From an uncultured Leptospirales bacterium (GTDB lineage Bacteria; Spirochaetota; UBA4802; UBA5550), in the NCBI GenBank assembly GCA_964645775.1, contig CAZYBU010000005.1, positions 13,339 through 77,338 on the forward strand: a DNA stretch of 64,000 nt. The letters are read 5' to 3'. Below are positions 53,568 to 63,205 of this stretch, one piece after another (position 1 is the stretch's first letter; each line of letters starts with the position of its first letter). A model generated the notes under the pieces. It had not been told where the DNA came from. It saw only the letters and a list, made by a program, of their open reading frames with translations, and made no database searches. Both the position numbers and the translations under genes were made by a program.

Positions 53568-54157
53568 TGAAATGCCTCCAGGTCTTCGCGATAATTAATG
53601 TTTCGAAAAATATGTGACGGGTCTCCGAAAAAACGGATCTCCTCTTCCCCGATTTCCCTCAATCGGCAGGAATCGAAGAAATCGAAAACTCTCCTTCTTC
53701 CGCGGGAGATCAGCTCCTCCACGGAACCGCGGCATTCTTTCCGATAAATGGCGTGGAGCGGCTCCCACCGGTTTTCCACAAGGGGGAGGATAATGTCGTA
53801 ATCTCCGTCAATGTCGATCATATACCGGACAAAGTCCCTGTTCAGGCCCGGAAGGTCACAGGCGACGATGAAGAAACGGTCCGACTTGCAGTGAGTCATG
53901 GCCGCGTGTATCCCTCCCAGGGGACCGATCCCTTCGATACGGTCAGGGATTATCTCCAGGCCGGAGAAGAGGAGACCTTCCTTCCGGGAAGAGACTATGG
54001 TGAGTGAGTCGAAAAGAGGTTCCAGTCTCTCAATCACGTGCTGTATAAGAGGGCTTCCCTTCAGTGGATAGAGGGCCTTGTCGGTCCCGAAACGCCTGCT
54101 TTCACCTCCGGCCAGTATGTAGGCCTCCCTCGGGTACTCTGCTTTCCGGTCAGTCAA
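53564..54157 (-). CDS. mobA: Molybdenum cofactor guanylyltransferase
   Basis: ILAGGESRRFGTDKA motif and GPLGG. Confidence 0.8.
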   Translation of the reverse strand: MTDRKAEYPREAYILAGGESRRFGTDKALYPLKGSPLIQHVIERLEPLFDSLTIVSSRKEGLLFSGLEIIPDRIEGIGPLGGIHAAMTHCKSDRFFIVACDLPGLNRDFVRYMIDIDGDYDIILPLVENRWEPLHAIYRKECRGSVEELISRGRRRVFDFFDSCRLREIGEEEIRFFGDPSHIFRNINYREDLEAFQ

Positions 54158-55802
54158 TCTCGATCAAAGAGGGCTCATAATCTTCAGGTGGCGCCAGATC
54201 GAGCAGATTACAGAGGGTTGACGCCACGTTAGCCAGACCCGGATTCTCCAGGTCTCTTTTTCTGTATTCATGGGAGAAGGATGGGTCATGAATGATCCAG
54301 GGGACCCGGTTCAGAGTATGAGAGGTCTTCTTTTTGCGCTGACCTGTTTTACTGTCTACCTTGAATTTTCCGCTCTTTTTATCGATCTCGAACATTTCGT
54401 CCAGGTTGCCGTGATCCGCCGTGATGAAGGTTATCCCTCCGACCTTCTCCATGGTCTTGAGAAGCCTGCCCAGGCAGAGGTCAACGGTCTCAGCCGCGAT
54501 AACGGCCGCTTCCAGATCACCGGTATGACCCACCATGTCACCGTTTGCGTAATTCAGTCTCAGGAAATCAAACTCCTCGTTCAGGAGGGCTTCGATGACC
54601 CGGTCCGTGATCTCCGCCGCTTTCATCCACGGTTTCCGGTTAAATTCTACACGGTCCGAGGGGATCTCCACGTAGGTTTCACTGCTTTTATCAAAGGGTT
54701 CCGTCCGGTTGCCATTCCAGAAGTAGGTCACATGCCCGAACTTCTGGGTCTCTGAAATGGCGAATTGCGTAACGCCGGTCGCCACAAGGTATTCGCTCAG
54801 GGTTTTTTCTATGGAGGGCGGTTTTACAAGGTACCGGGAGGGTATATGAAGGTCACCGTCGTATTCCATCATGCCCGCAAAGAGAACCCGGGGCCTCCTC
54901 TTCCTGTCAAAGTAGGGAAAATCATCCTGGTCGAAGGCCCTGGATATCTCAATGGAGCGATCTCCACGGAAATTGAACAGGATAACCGAGTCTCCATCTT
55001 CCATTTTTCCAACGGGACCCTGGTCGTCGGTTATGGTAAAGGCGGGAAGGTACTGGTCCGTTATGGAAGAGTCCTCTTTCCGAAAGGTTTCGATGGCTTC
55101 CCGGGCGGATTCAAAGGCTCTGGCCTCGCCCAGGACATGTGCTTCCCATCCCCTTTTTACGATGTCCCAGTCCGCCTCGTACCGGTCCATTGTCGTCACC
55201 ATGCGGCCTCCGCCTGAGGCGATTCGGTAGTCCAGCTCCTTATCCCGGTATGTATCCAAACGCTCTTCCAGGGAATTGATATATTCAAGGGCGGAGGTCT
55301 CCGGAACGTCCCTGCCATCCAGGAGTATGTGAACGCGGAGACTGGAGACGCCCTCTTCGGCCGCCCTGTCGATCATGGTGAAAAGATGGCCGATGTTGGA
55401 ATGGACGTTTCCGTCTGAGAGGAGGCCAAGAAAGTGAAGGGTGGCTTTCCCTTCCGCGGGAGCTTTCAGAAGATCTTTCCAGGTGTCGCCCCTGAACATC
55501 TCCCCCGACTCGATGCTTTTATTGACCAGTTTTGCTCCCTGGGCGAATAGCCGCCCTGCTCCCAGGGCGTTGTGGCCCACCTCGGAATTGCCCATGTCCT
55601 CATCAGAGGGCAGACCTACGGCCGTTCCGTGGGCCTGGAGGGTGCCGTTTATGCATGTATCTCTCAGTCTGTCGAGATTCGGGGTCCGGGCCAGGTGAAA
55701 GGCGTCCCCTTCATTTTCTTTTCCCAGCCCCATCCCGTCCATGATTACAAGAAGAACCGGACCTTTCCGATCTATTTTTTTTAATTCCGTGAGTTTTTTC
55801 AT
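54150..55802 (-). CDS. gpmI: 2,3-bisphosphoglycerate-independent phosphoglycerate mutase
   Basis: LVIMDGMG, NSEVGHNALGAGR, DGRD, GDMVGHTG and TADHGN motifs. ATG 55802 preferred, and TTG 55823 is the alternative. Confidence 0.9.
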   Translation of the reverse strand: MKKLTELKKIDRKGPVLLVIMDGMGLGKENEGDAFHLARTPNLDRLRDTCINGTLQAHGTAVGLPSDEDMGNSEVGHNALGAGRLFAQGAKLVNKSIESGEMFRGDTWKDLLKAPAEGKATLHFLGLLSDGNVHSNIGHLFTMIDRAAEEGVSSLRVHILLDGRDVPETSALEYINSLEERLDTYRDKELDYRIASGGGRMVTTMDRYEADWDIVKRGWEAHVLGEARAFESAREAIETFRKEDSSITDQYLPAFTITDDQGPVGKMEDGDSVILFNFRGDRSIEISRAFDQDDFPYFDRKRRPRVLFAGMMEYDGDLHIPSRYLVKPPSIEKTLSEYLVATGVTQFAISETQKFGHVTYFWNGNRTEPFDKSSETYVEIPSDRVEFNRKPWMKAAEITDRVIEALLNEEFDFLRLNYANGDMVGHTGDLEAAVIAAETVDLCLGRLLKTMEKVGGITFITADHGNLDEMFEIDKKSGKFKVDSKTGQRKKKTSHTLNRVPWIIHDPSFSHEYRKRDLENPGLANVASTLCNLLDLAPPEDYEPSLIEID

Positions 55803-55819
55803 ACTACTGTCACTTACTC

Positions 55820-56146
55820 TCAATCCATAAGATATTCTTCAAGACCGGCCATTTCAAGTATGCGGATCACGGCCGTATTGGCTCCGGTGAGTGAAAAGTT
55901 TCTCTCTTCTTCCGACAGCTTCTTTTTCACACGAATGAGACTGGCCAGGGCCATAGAGTCGATGCGGGTGATCTCCTCCAGGTCGAGCCTCAGGTCAAAG
56001 TCGCTGTTATGAATAAAGTGATTGAATTCCTCTTCCAGAAGTCCTGTACGATTCATCAACAGTTCATCCGTCAGCCTGTATACCCGTTCGTTATTGGCCT
56101 CCGTGTATTGTATCTTCATCAGGTTCCTCCCCTGTTCTGGTATCAT
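55820..56146 (-). CDS. STAS-domain anti-sigma-factor antagonist
   Basis: About 100 aa with a DLEEITRIDSMALASL phospho-serine region. The start may be ATG 56119. Confidence 0.7.
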   Translation of the reverse strand: MIPEQGRNLMKIQYTEANNERVYRLTDELLMNRTGLLEEEFNHFIHNSDFDLRLDLEEITRIDSMALASLIRVKKKLSEEERNFSLTGANTAVIRILEMAGLEEYLMD

Positions 56147-56816
56147 TTTCTGTATTTGTCAACACTCTATCGAGACTTTTTATGAGCTCCCTCGCGAACC
56201 TGCGGCTCTCCCTGGAAAGAGGAACGCTCCGGTCATTCCCCCTGCGCATATCTTCAAGAAGGGAGGCTCGCATCCTGTGATGCAGGGTATCGAGATTGTC
56301 CACTTCCCGGTAAAAGGTCTTCCTGGACCATGTCCTGTCCGTCGCTCTCCTCACCAGGGCAGAGAAAAGGGGAGGGAGAAACCGTTGACCCAGGATAACC
56401 ATGAGCATGGGGGTAATTACGATCAGGTTGGATCGGATCATCCCATCCATGGGTGGAATGGCCATCCCGCTCATGCTTTGCTTAAAAATGAACCAGACAA
56501 TGTCAACAATGATTAAGGCTGTCAAAAAACTGGCCGGTCCCCGGGGAATACCGGCCGAGGCGAGGCCGGAGGAGACAAGTAGAGTCATGATAAAAAGAAC
56601 CACGGTACTGAAGCCGGCCAGGCTGGTAAGAGAATGTATCGTTTCCACGAATCGTCGGAGCCCCTGGTATGTCTCCTGCATGTTCCGGTAAAGCTCCTGT
56701 ATTTCCGTTACGGTCTCTTTGACGCTGTCCAGCGAAAAGGCCCCGGCATGGTTGAAGGATGTGATTGAAACCAGGAGGACCAGGAGGCAGAAAGATACCG
56801 CCATCCGTCCGGTCAT
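56091..56816 (-). CDS. Membrane protein, unknown function, inside the partner-switching operon
   Basis: 241 aa with a signal-like N-terminus, three TM segments and a charged C-terminal tail. Confidence 0.45.
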   Translation of the reverse strand: MTGRMAVSFCLLVLLVSITSFNHAGAFSLDSVKETVTEIQELYRNMQETYQGLRRFVETIHSLTSLAGFSTVVLFIMTLLVSSGLASAGIPRGPASFLTALIIVDIVWFIFKQSMSGMAIPPMDGMIRSNLIVITPMLMVILGQRFLPPLFSALVRRATDRTWSRKTFYREVDNLDTLHHRMRASLLEDMRRGNDRSVPLSRESRRFARELIKSLDRVLTNTENDTRTGEEPDEDTIHGGQ

Positions 56817-57238
56817 ACTTTTGCCTCCTCCCGGGGAAAGCTGAGGTAGGCAATATTTCCCTCACGATTCCAGGTGATATTGGCGAACTGCCGTATAATA
56901 TAGATGCCTCTTCCCCGCTGACTCATAATATCCCGATTTTTCAGCTTTTTTTCAACAGCTTTGATATTGAAGCCCTTTCCCTGGTCCTTTATGGCAACGG
57001 TTATGGTATTCTTTTCTTCTGAGATGGCAATCTCGATTTTGTTCGCGGGGTCCCAGTTGTTTCCATGTTCCATGGCATTGGTCACGGCTTCATCGAGGGC
57101 GAGGTAGTACTCCCCGGACGCGTAAGAGGAATGACCTTTAAGCTCTGTTGTTCTCAGAGCTTCGAAAATGATATCGACAACATCCTTCCTTTGTGCCTTC
57201 TCGGAGGGAAATGTCCTGTGAAAAAGTAAAGTTCCCAT
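56813..57238 (-). CDS. Anti-sigma-factor serine kinase (RsbW/SpoIIAB-like HATPase)
   Basis: LDEAVTNAMEHGN N-box and DQGKGF G1-box in a 141-aa protein. Confidence 0.75.
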   Translation of the reverse strand: MGTLLFHRTFPSEKAQRKDVVDIIFEALRTTELKGHSSYASGEYYLALDEAVTNAMEHGNNWDPANKIEIAISEEKNTITVAIKDQGKGFNIKAVEKKLKNRDIMSQRGRGIYIIRQFANITWNREGNIAYLSFPREEAKV

Positions 57239-57251
57239 AGTGTGGGTATAC

Positions 57252-57325
57252 TTCGGGATGGGGAGATTCGAACTCCCGACTTCTGCGTCCCGAACACAGC
57301 GCGCTACCTGACTGCGCTACATCCC
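57252..57325 (-). tRNA. tRNA-Pro (anticodon CGG)
   Basis: Hand-folded: acceptor CGGGATG/CATCCCG, anticodon stem CTGTG/CGCAG with loop TTCGGGA, and T arm GGGAG-TTCGAAT-CTCCC. Confidence 0.85.
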
Positions 57326-57346
57326 GTTTATCACCTCTGTGATTAT

Positions 57347-57375
57347 TACACACCTATCGGCAGGGTGTGTTTTTT
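57347..57375 (+). terminator. Terminator-like hairpin plus T-run with no obvious plus-strand gene upstream
   Basis: ACACACC/GGTGTGT stem (57347-57353 / 57363-57369) with a 9-nt loop, followed by six more T. Confidence 0.3.
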
Positions 57376-57605
57376 TCAATACAATTTTGTCATTAATAAT
57401 GGCCCTCTGGCCGGCAAAAGGTCAAGAATAATTAGAATGTGTTGAAAAAAAGCAGATAGCAAGTGTTCTTATACCTTTCTCTCCTTGCCATCTCTCCTTC
57501 CCCCGTTTCGCCCGGAATGGTTCATGAAAAAAATAGTTGCGTCCTGTGTGCGGCTGCGTTACATTTCCTTTTCGAAAGATTGATGGGACCAGGTTGTAAT
57601 TCTAG

Positions 57606-57944
57606 ATGAGCATACCCTATCATACCCATAAGAATACTGTCGTATTTGATATCCCTGAAGGGGAAGGGTCCCTTGTGGAGTATGATGATGTCTCTGAGCT
57701 TATTGATGAAATCGTGGCCGCGATCACGAAGGAGTCATCTGATTCCGTGGCTTTTAATATGAGCAAAAAGAACTATTTGAACAGCTCAGGCCTCGGTGAG
57801 CTGGTCCAGGTAAAGGACCGGTTAATGGATCATGATATCTCCCTTACGCTTATAAATCTGCAGGAAAAAGTCAGGTCTCTTCTCTCAATGGTGGGGATGC
57901 TTGATTTCTTTTCCATTATCGATTCCGAAAATCAACTTGACTGA
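57606..57944 (+). CDS. STAS-domain anti-sigma-factor antagonist
   Basis: 112 aa with NYLNSSGLGELV (conserved Ser-Gly). Confidence 0.7.
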   Translation: MSIPYHTHKNTVVFDIPEGEGSLVEYDDVSELIDEIVAAITKESSDSVAFNMSKKNYLNSSGLGELVQVKDRLMDHDISLTLINLQEKVRSLLSMVGMLDFFSIIDSENQLD

Positions 57945-57958
57945 AACACAGGATAGCA

Positions 57959-60568
57959 ATGCCTGAAAAACGAGATCCCTATTACATTCACAGAAACCTT
58001 GTGAGCAGAAAATACAATGCCTTCACATCGAGGCTGTTTGGACTGCTTTTCGGAAGGTATGATTTTGATCAGGAGAGCCTGGCGCATCTGAGCCAGCCCG
58101 GTAATGACGCCTGTCGGGTCTATGTCTCCTTCCAGAGTTATAACACACCTCTTATGATTCTACTGAATCTTCTCCAGAAGAATAATCTGGAGCAACCGGG
58201 GATTGCCCTCGATTTTAAGCCGGGTTTTGTGGTGCGAACCCTGAATCTCTTTAAGAAGATAGGATACGGTATCCGCTCTTTGCTTTCCGGCGAAGACCGG
58301 GAGCAGGAGGGTTCCTATGAATATATCCGTGATCTGCTGGTGAACCGGCACGCTGTAGTCCTCTCGCTCCTTTCCCGCAAGCTTTTCCGCAGACGGTATC
58401 TCGACATACGGACCGATTCGCTGGAGTTCCTTATCGCCGTACAGAAAGAGATAGATGAACCGATTTACGTGCTTCCACACATAATGTTCTGGAGCAGGAA
58501 CCCTGAGAAGACCCGGGGTATGCGGAGTACCCGGGCCACGGATGACAGGGGTTTCTGGGCCGCTCTCTTTACCGGGCTCAGGAGCGTGACCAGGGGATTC
58601 GTCCGCGTCAGTCCTCCCATTAACCTGAAGGAGGAGATTGACGCTCAGTCCACGGACGACACTACCCAGCTCGCGCGGAACCTCAGAAACAGGCTGATGG
58701 AGCTGTATAATGAAGAGAAGAGGAGCGTCCTCGGGCCGGTCATGAAATCCTTCAGCGAGATGATGGAAAAGGTCCTCTTTCACAGGAACGTTCTGGAGGC
58801 GATCCAGGAGGAGATGGAAGAGAGCCATAAACCGGAGAAAAGGCTCAGGAAGAAGGCCTTCTCCTATTTCAGGGAGATAGCGGCCGATTTTTCTATCCTC
58901 TATGTGCAGGTCATGGAGTTTATACTGAATCATATCTTTACTAAAATTTTCCACGGCATCCATTATGATCCCTCCATGATTACAACGATACGTGAGGCCT
59001 CAAAGCGCGGGCCGGTGATCCTGATCCCCAATCATCGGAGTCACATGGATTACCTGATCCTCTCCTACATACTTTATACCAACCAGATAATCCCGCCCCA
59101 CATCGTGGCCGGTGTGAACCTCTCTTTTTTTCCTCTGGGAAAGATATTCCGGAGATCGGGCGCCTTTTTCATGAGACGTTCCTTCAAGGGTAAAAAACTC
59201 TATTCCACGGTCTTTCGACAGTACGCGAAGACCCTGGTAAATGAAGGATACAGCATTGAATTCTTTATAGAGGGTGGGAGGACAAGGACCGGCAAACTCA
59301 GCTTCCCGAAGATGGGGATTCTGAAATATCTAATGGAGGCGGTTGAGGAGGGGTACAACAAGGACATGATCTTCCTTCCGGTCGCCATCAATTATGATCG
59401 AATCCTTGAAGAGAGTTCATATCATAATGAACTCAGAGGCCAGGGCAAGCAGAAGGAATCGACCGGGAGCCTTGTCCGAAGCCGGAAGCTTTTAAAAAGG
59501 ACTTACGGAAGTGTCTATGTCGCGGTTGAGGAACCGGTCAGTTTCCAGGATATACGGGACCAGGGAGCGGATATGATCGAGAGGACCGGTATCGTGGCGG
59601 ACAGGATCATCAAACGTATTAATCGGGGTATGGTGGTCACCCCCTTCTCCCTTGTTACAACGGCTCTTCTCCTTTCGCCGGTGAAGGGTTTTACGGTTTC
59701 GCTTATTCGTGAGGACGTGGAAAGGCTCTACCGCTATCTTCGTTTCACCGGGGCAACGCTGGCTGATACCATCGGTCCCATGGAAGAGATAGAGAAGACC
59801 ATCCGCTTCGTCAACGATTCATACCTCAATGATGGCATCGTCCGCATGTTATTCTCCGACGACATTGAAGAGGAAAGCAATGAAGTAAAGAAAGAGAAGA
59901 ACGGTGAATCTGGAGAGACCATCTATATAATTGATGAAGACAACCGGGGACGGATCAATTTCTACAAGAACAGTATTATTCATCTCCTTCTTCCCCTGGC
60001 ATACTTCTCTCTCGCTTTTCTCATGTCCGAGAAGGATGCGGTGGCTTCGGCGAAGAACGTCGGGGAGCATTATGATTACCTTTCCGGCCTCTTTTCCGAT
60101 TCATTCGTCTATACTGACTTCCTCAATGACAGGGAGAAAAGCCTTTCCGTAACCGCAAAATACCTGATCGAGTCTGAGGAAGTGGTGGAAGAACCAGATG
60201 GATGGCGACTGAAGGACGAGAAAATCCGTTCGGCGCTGAATTTTTACGCCACGGCCATCCGTGATTATCTTGAATCCTGCTTCATTGTCTGCCAGGTCCT
60301 GGCCGTGCATGAGAACGAACGAATCAGCCGGAGAGACCTTACCCTTGAGATCCGCCGCAATGGTGTACGAATATATCACCTCGGTGAGATAAGGATGTCG
60401 GAGTCTCTCTCCATGCCGAATTATAACGATGTTCTTGATTATCTTATCCGGGAAAAAGGATTAATCGAAGAGGAAGGAAAGCGGCACGCCCTCATTCGAC
60501 CCGGGGACTTCAGTAAGGTTGAGCGCCTTTCCGAAGAGGTAAAAAACGCCCTCAGGGTCATTTCCTGA
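57959..60568 (+). CDS. plsB: Glycerol-3-phosphate acyltransferase, PlsB type
   Basis: 869 aa with the four GPAT blocks: PNHRSHMDYLILSY, FFMRRSF, FFIEGGRTRTGK and LPVAINYDRILE. Confidence 0.85.
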   Translation: MPEKRDPYYIHRNLVSRKYNAFTSRLFGLLFGRYDFDQESLAHLSQPGNDACRVYVSFQSYNTPLMILLNLLQKNNLEQPGIALDFKPGFVVRTLNLFKKIGYGIRSLLSGEDREQEGSYEYIRDLLVNRHAVVLSLLSRKLFRRRYLDIRTDSLEFLIAVQKEIDEPIYVLPHIMFWSRNPEKTRGMRSTRATDDRGFWAALFTGLRSVTRGFVRVSPPINLKEEIDAQSTDDTTQLARNLRNRLMELYNEEKRSVLGPVMKSFSEMMEKVLFHRNVLEAIQEEMEESHKPEKRLRKKAFSYFREIAADFSILYVQVMEFILNHIFTKIFHGIHYDPSMITTIREASKRGPVILIPNHRSHMDYLILSYILYTNQIIPPHIVAGVNLSFFPLGKIFRRSGAFFMRRSFKGKKLYSTVFRQYAKTLVNEGYSIEFFIEGGRTRTGKLSFPKMGILKYLMEAVEEGYNKDMIFLPVAINYDRILEESSYHNELRGQGKQKESTGSLVRSRKLLKRTYGSVYVAVEEPVSFQDIRDQGADMIERTGIVADRIIKRINRGMVVTPFSLVTTALLLSPVKGFTVSLIREDVERLYRYLRFTGATLADTIGPMEEIEKTIRFVNDSYLNDGIVRMLFSDDIEEESNEVKKEKNGESGETIYIIDEDNRGRINFYKNSIIHLLLPLAYFSLAFLMSEKDAVASAKNVGEHYDYLSGLFSDSFVYTDFLNDREKSLSVTAKYLIESEEVVEEPDGWRLKDEKIRSALNFYATAIRDYLESCFIVCQVLAVHENERISRRDLTLEIRRNGVRIYHLGEIRMSESLSMPNYNDVLDYLIREKGLIEEEGKRHALIRPGDFSKVERLSEEVKNALRVIS

Positions 60569-60569
60569 T

Positions 60570-62360
60570 CTATGTTTTTATCAGTTTCTCTCTCAGTTCC
60601 TGTCGCCGCTTCAAAAGCTGTTGCCCCTTGTAGGTGTCCCGTATCCGCAGGGGCCGTTCAAAGCTGTCAATATCCTCGAACTGAAGCTTGGCCGGGTTGC
60701 CGGTCATTTTAGCTTCGTCCATCTCTTCCTGGGTCGGGAGGATAATGGCGTAAAGTTGATAGGGCGTATGGATCAGGGAATGTCCCCTGGACAGATAGGC
60801 CTCGGAGAAGCCTCCATCAATGTTGATGGCCCGTCCGTCCGGAGTCGATATCCGTTCACCTTTCATGACATTGACCGGGGTATGGCCGAAAACGATGCGA
60901 CGGGCCCCGAATTCTTCCATGATCCGGTCGAGGAATTCAGGTTTCCGGAGGTTCTCTGACCAGTGAAGCAGTCTCTCCCTGTGGGTCTCCTTGTCTTTAA
61001 AGAAGTACCGCTCGAAAGTCTTCATGGCGTGTTTTCCGAAGAAGGGGGATAGTGGACCGCACCACAAGTAGAACATGACAGCCAGCTGGAAGGGTTCAAC
61101 CTTTTTCCCCTCGAGGTAGAGGGTGCCGATATGCTTGATGGTAAGTTCAATATGGTCAAGGAGCTCCTTCCCCTTTTTGCCGTAGAGTTCCTGGAACTGG
61201 CCCTCCTCTGTACTCGGTATGAGGGCGTGTATGTTCAGGATGTAGTTATTGATATGGTAGAGTTTGCCTTCTTCAAAGAGGTATTGCATAAGCCGCTTGA
61301 CTTTCGAACTGGAAGTAAACTGCTGAACCAGGTCCTCTATGACTTCCTGTTCCTCCTGGGTAAGTTTCCATGGATCATTCAAATCCAGTGTGGGGAAGAA
61401 GGTATCGTTAAGTCCCTCCGTATTGTCTTCTTTAAGCATCCGGGCCAGGTCCTCAAGGTTTAGACGGGACTCCATTTCAAGCTGGGGATACTGCATGATG
61501 GTCTTCTCTTCCAGCTTGAACTGGATTATGGCAAGGGTCTTTTCCATTTTACGGGCGATCGGTATCTTCGCCTTGAATTTGCCTGTTACGTCCTCGGGGT
61601 AGAGTTTTTCCGCCAGTTTTTCCAGGTTCGATATATCGATATTCAGACGACCGAGGAATTCCATGTTATCGTAGCGGACACTTATGCGAAGGGCCTCGGC
61701 GATAAGGGAACGGTTTCCGGCCGCGGCCCCCATCCAAAGGATATCGTGGTTGCCCCAGACGAATTTCACGTAGGGCCTGTATTTTTTCTGGGAGATGATC
61801 CGTATGATCTTGTCCGGTTCGTCACCCCGGTCGAAAACGTCACCGAGGATGATAAGGTGACGGAGAACCACCTGCTTTACCAGGCCGCACAGGCTGGAAA
61901 TGATGCTATCTGAAATGATCTCGTTCTCGTATACAATATTCGGTACGGGGAAGTTAAGGATCAGGTTCTCCACAACCGGTTTCAGGTCTCTCGGAATGGA
62001 ATCTCTCAGATTGTCGAAATCGCTGATGTCCTGTACCTTGTATCGGATAATCTCAACCAGGGAGGATATGACATCCTGCCGCGCCGTGGGGAAGGCCTCG
62101 TTCTCGAAGTATTCCTCCCTCCGGATGATACGATCCAGGTATTCCAGCTTATCAACGGAAAAGGTCTTTGGTAGGGCCTCGTAGGCTGTTCTCCAGACAA
62201 GGCCGAAACGTCCCTTGAGAATGGAGATAAACCGTCTGCCCGCACCGTGCGGATCACTGATCCATAAAGTTGTGTCTATTTTCCGAATCAGGCGGGTTTC
62301 AATATCCAGCAGTTCCTTAATCAGGTTGTGAAGGGTGGATGCGTCCTGGGGTGCGTTCAT
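60570..62360 (-). CDS. fbp: Fructose-1,6-bisphosphatase, class 3
   Basis: 596 aa with the metallophosphatase motifs GDVFDRGD, GNHDILWMGAA and FGHTPVN. Confidence 0.85.
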   Translation of the reverse strand: MNAPQDASTLHNLIKELLDIETRLIRKIDTTLWISDPHGAGRRFISILKGRFGLVWRTAYEALPKTFSVDKLEYLDRIIRREEYFENEAFPTARQDVISSLVEIIRYKVQDISDFDNLRDSIPRDLKPVVENLILNFPVPNIVYENEIISDSIISSLCGLVKQVVLRHLIILGDVFDRGDEPDKIIRIISQKKYRPYVKFVWGNHDILWMGAAAGNRSLIAEALRISVRYDNMEFLGRLNIDISNLEKLAEKLYPEDVTGKFKAKIPIARKMEKTLAIIQFKLEEKTIMQYPQLEMESRLNLEDLARMLKEDNTEGLNDTFFPTLDLNDPWKLTQEEQEVIEDLVQQFTSSSKVKRLMQYLFEEGKLYHINNYILNIHALIPSTEEGQFQELYGKKGKELLDHIELTIKHIGTLYLEGKKVEPFQLAVMFYLWCGPLSPFFGKHAMKTFERYFFKDKETHRERLLHWSENLRKPEFLDRIMEEFGARRIVFGHTPVNVMKGERISTPDGRAINIDGGFSEAYLSRGHSLIHTPYQLYAIILPTQEEMDEAKMTGNPAKLQFEDIDSFERPLRIRDTYKGQQLLKRRQELREKLIKT

Positions 62361-62438
62361 TTCGGCTCCTGATCTGTCATGTTCTCCCTCCCTTAAGTAT
62401 GTATCGTAAAAGGAAGAGTGTCAATCGAAAATCAGGTC

Positions 62439-63185
62439 CTAGCGGAGTCTCTTTCCCTGGATGATCATCTTCCTGCCGGAAAGGGTCATGACATAGTAGG
62501 CGTAGTATCCCTTCTGTTCCAGGCGGCCGGTACCGGCCTGGATACATGACAGTCCCCGTATCTCCTGGCGGTGGTATCCCGAACCTGAACCGGATATGAT
62601 CCCCTGAACCGGATAGTCCGAAAGGAGCTTAACCAGGTTCTCGTCCGAAGTTTGAGTAATCAGGGGCCTGTGAGACACGAGAAAGAAGTCCCGGTCTCCG
62701 CTCATCTTCAGTTCCCTGCGGAGCCATTTCATGTTATCAGCCGTAAGACTCGCCTTTTCTTCATGATAAAGGATAATAAACTGCGTGTTGCCCAGGGCCG
62801 AGCTGTATCGGAGAGAGCGACCTGTATACTTACGGTAGAGTGCGTCACTGCCGTTGAAATGATCACCGGATCCGTAAACCGTCAGCAGGGGCGCCTTAAA
62901 TCTGTCGAATATTTTTTTCCATTCCCGGTACTGTCGCTCCACGTCTTTTTGTTTGATTCCTGCCCAGCTGTGACCTCCCTGGACCAGGTTCCCCGTATGT
63001 ATAATCAGATCCGGGTTCTCCGCGTTTATGGTCTCCACCAGTTCGTAAAGGCGTTCCGGCATTTTCCGGTAGGGTGATTCCGGGGCCGTGTTGCCGGTAA
63101 TGACAATCCGAACCTCCCGGTGGGGCGAATCCGCCCACAGAATGGTCGATAGAAGGAGAAGAAGGGTGATCAGGATCCTTTTCAT
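62439..63185 (-). CDS. Secreted calcineurin-like metallophosphoesterase
   Basis: Signal peptide, then IVITGNT, IIHTGNLV and VSHRP motifs. Confidence 0.65.
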   Translation of the reverse strand: MKRILITLLLLLSTILWADSPHREVRIVITGNTAPESPYRKMPERLYELVETINAENPDLIIHTGNLVQGGHSWAGIKQKDVERQYREWKKIFDRFKAPLLTVYGSGDHFNGSDALYRKYTGRSLRYSSALGNTQFIILYHEEKASLTADNMKWLRRELKMSGDRDFFLVSHRPLITQTSDENLVKLLSDYPVQGIISGSGSGYHRQEIRGLSCIQAGTGRLEQKGYYAYYVMTLSGRKMIIQGKRLR

Positions 63186-63205
63186 GGGACGGTTACCTTC
63201 TCAGG

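Noticed and set aside
57242-57445. A 67-aa plus-strand ORF and a 71-aa minus-strand ORF (57138-57353) around 57.2-57.4 kb.
   Set aside because: Both overlap the well-folded tRNA-Pro gene and have no RBS or recognisable motifs.
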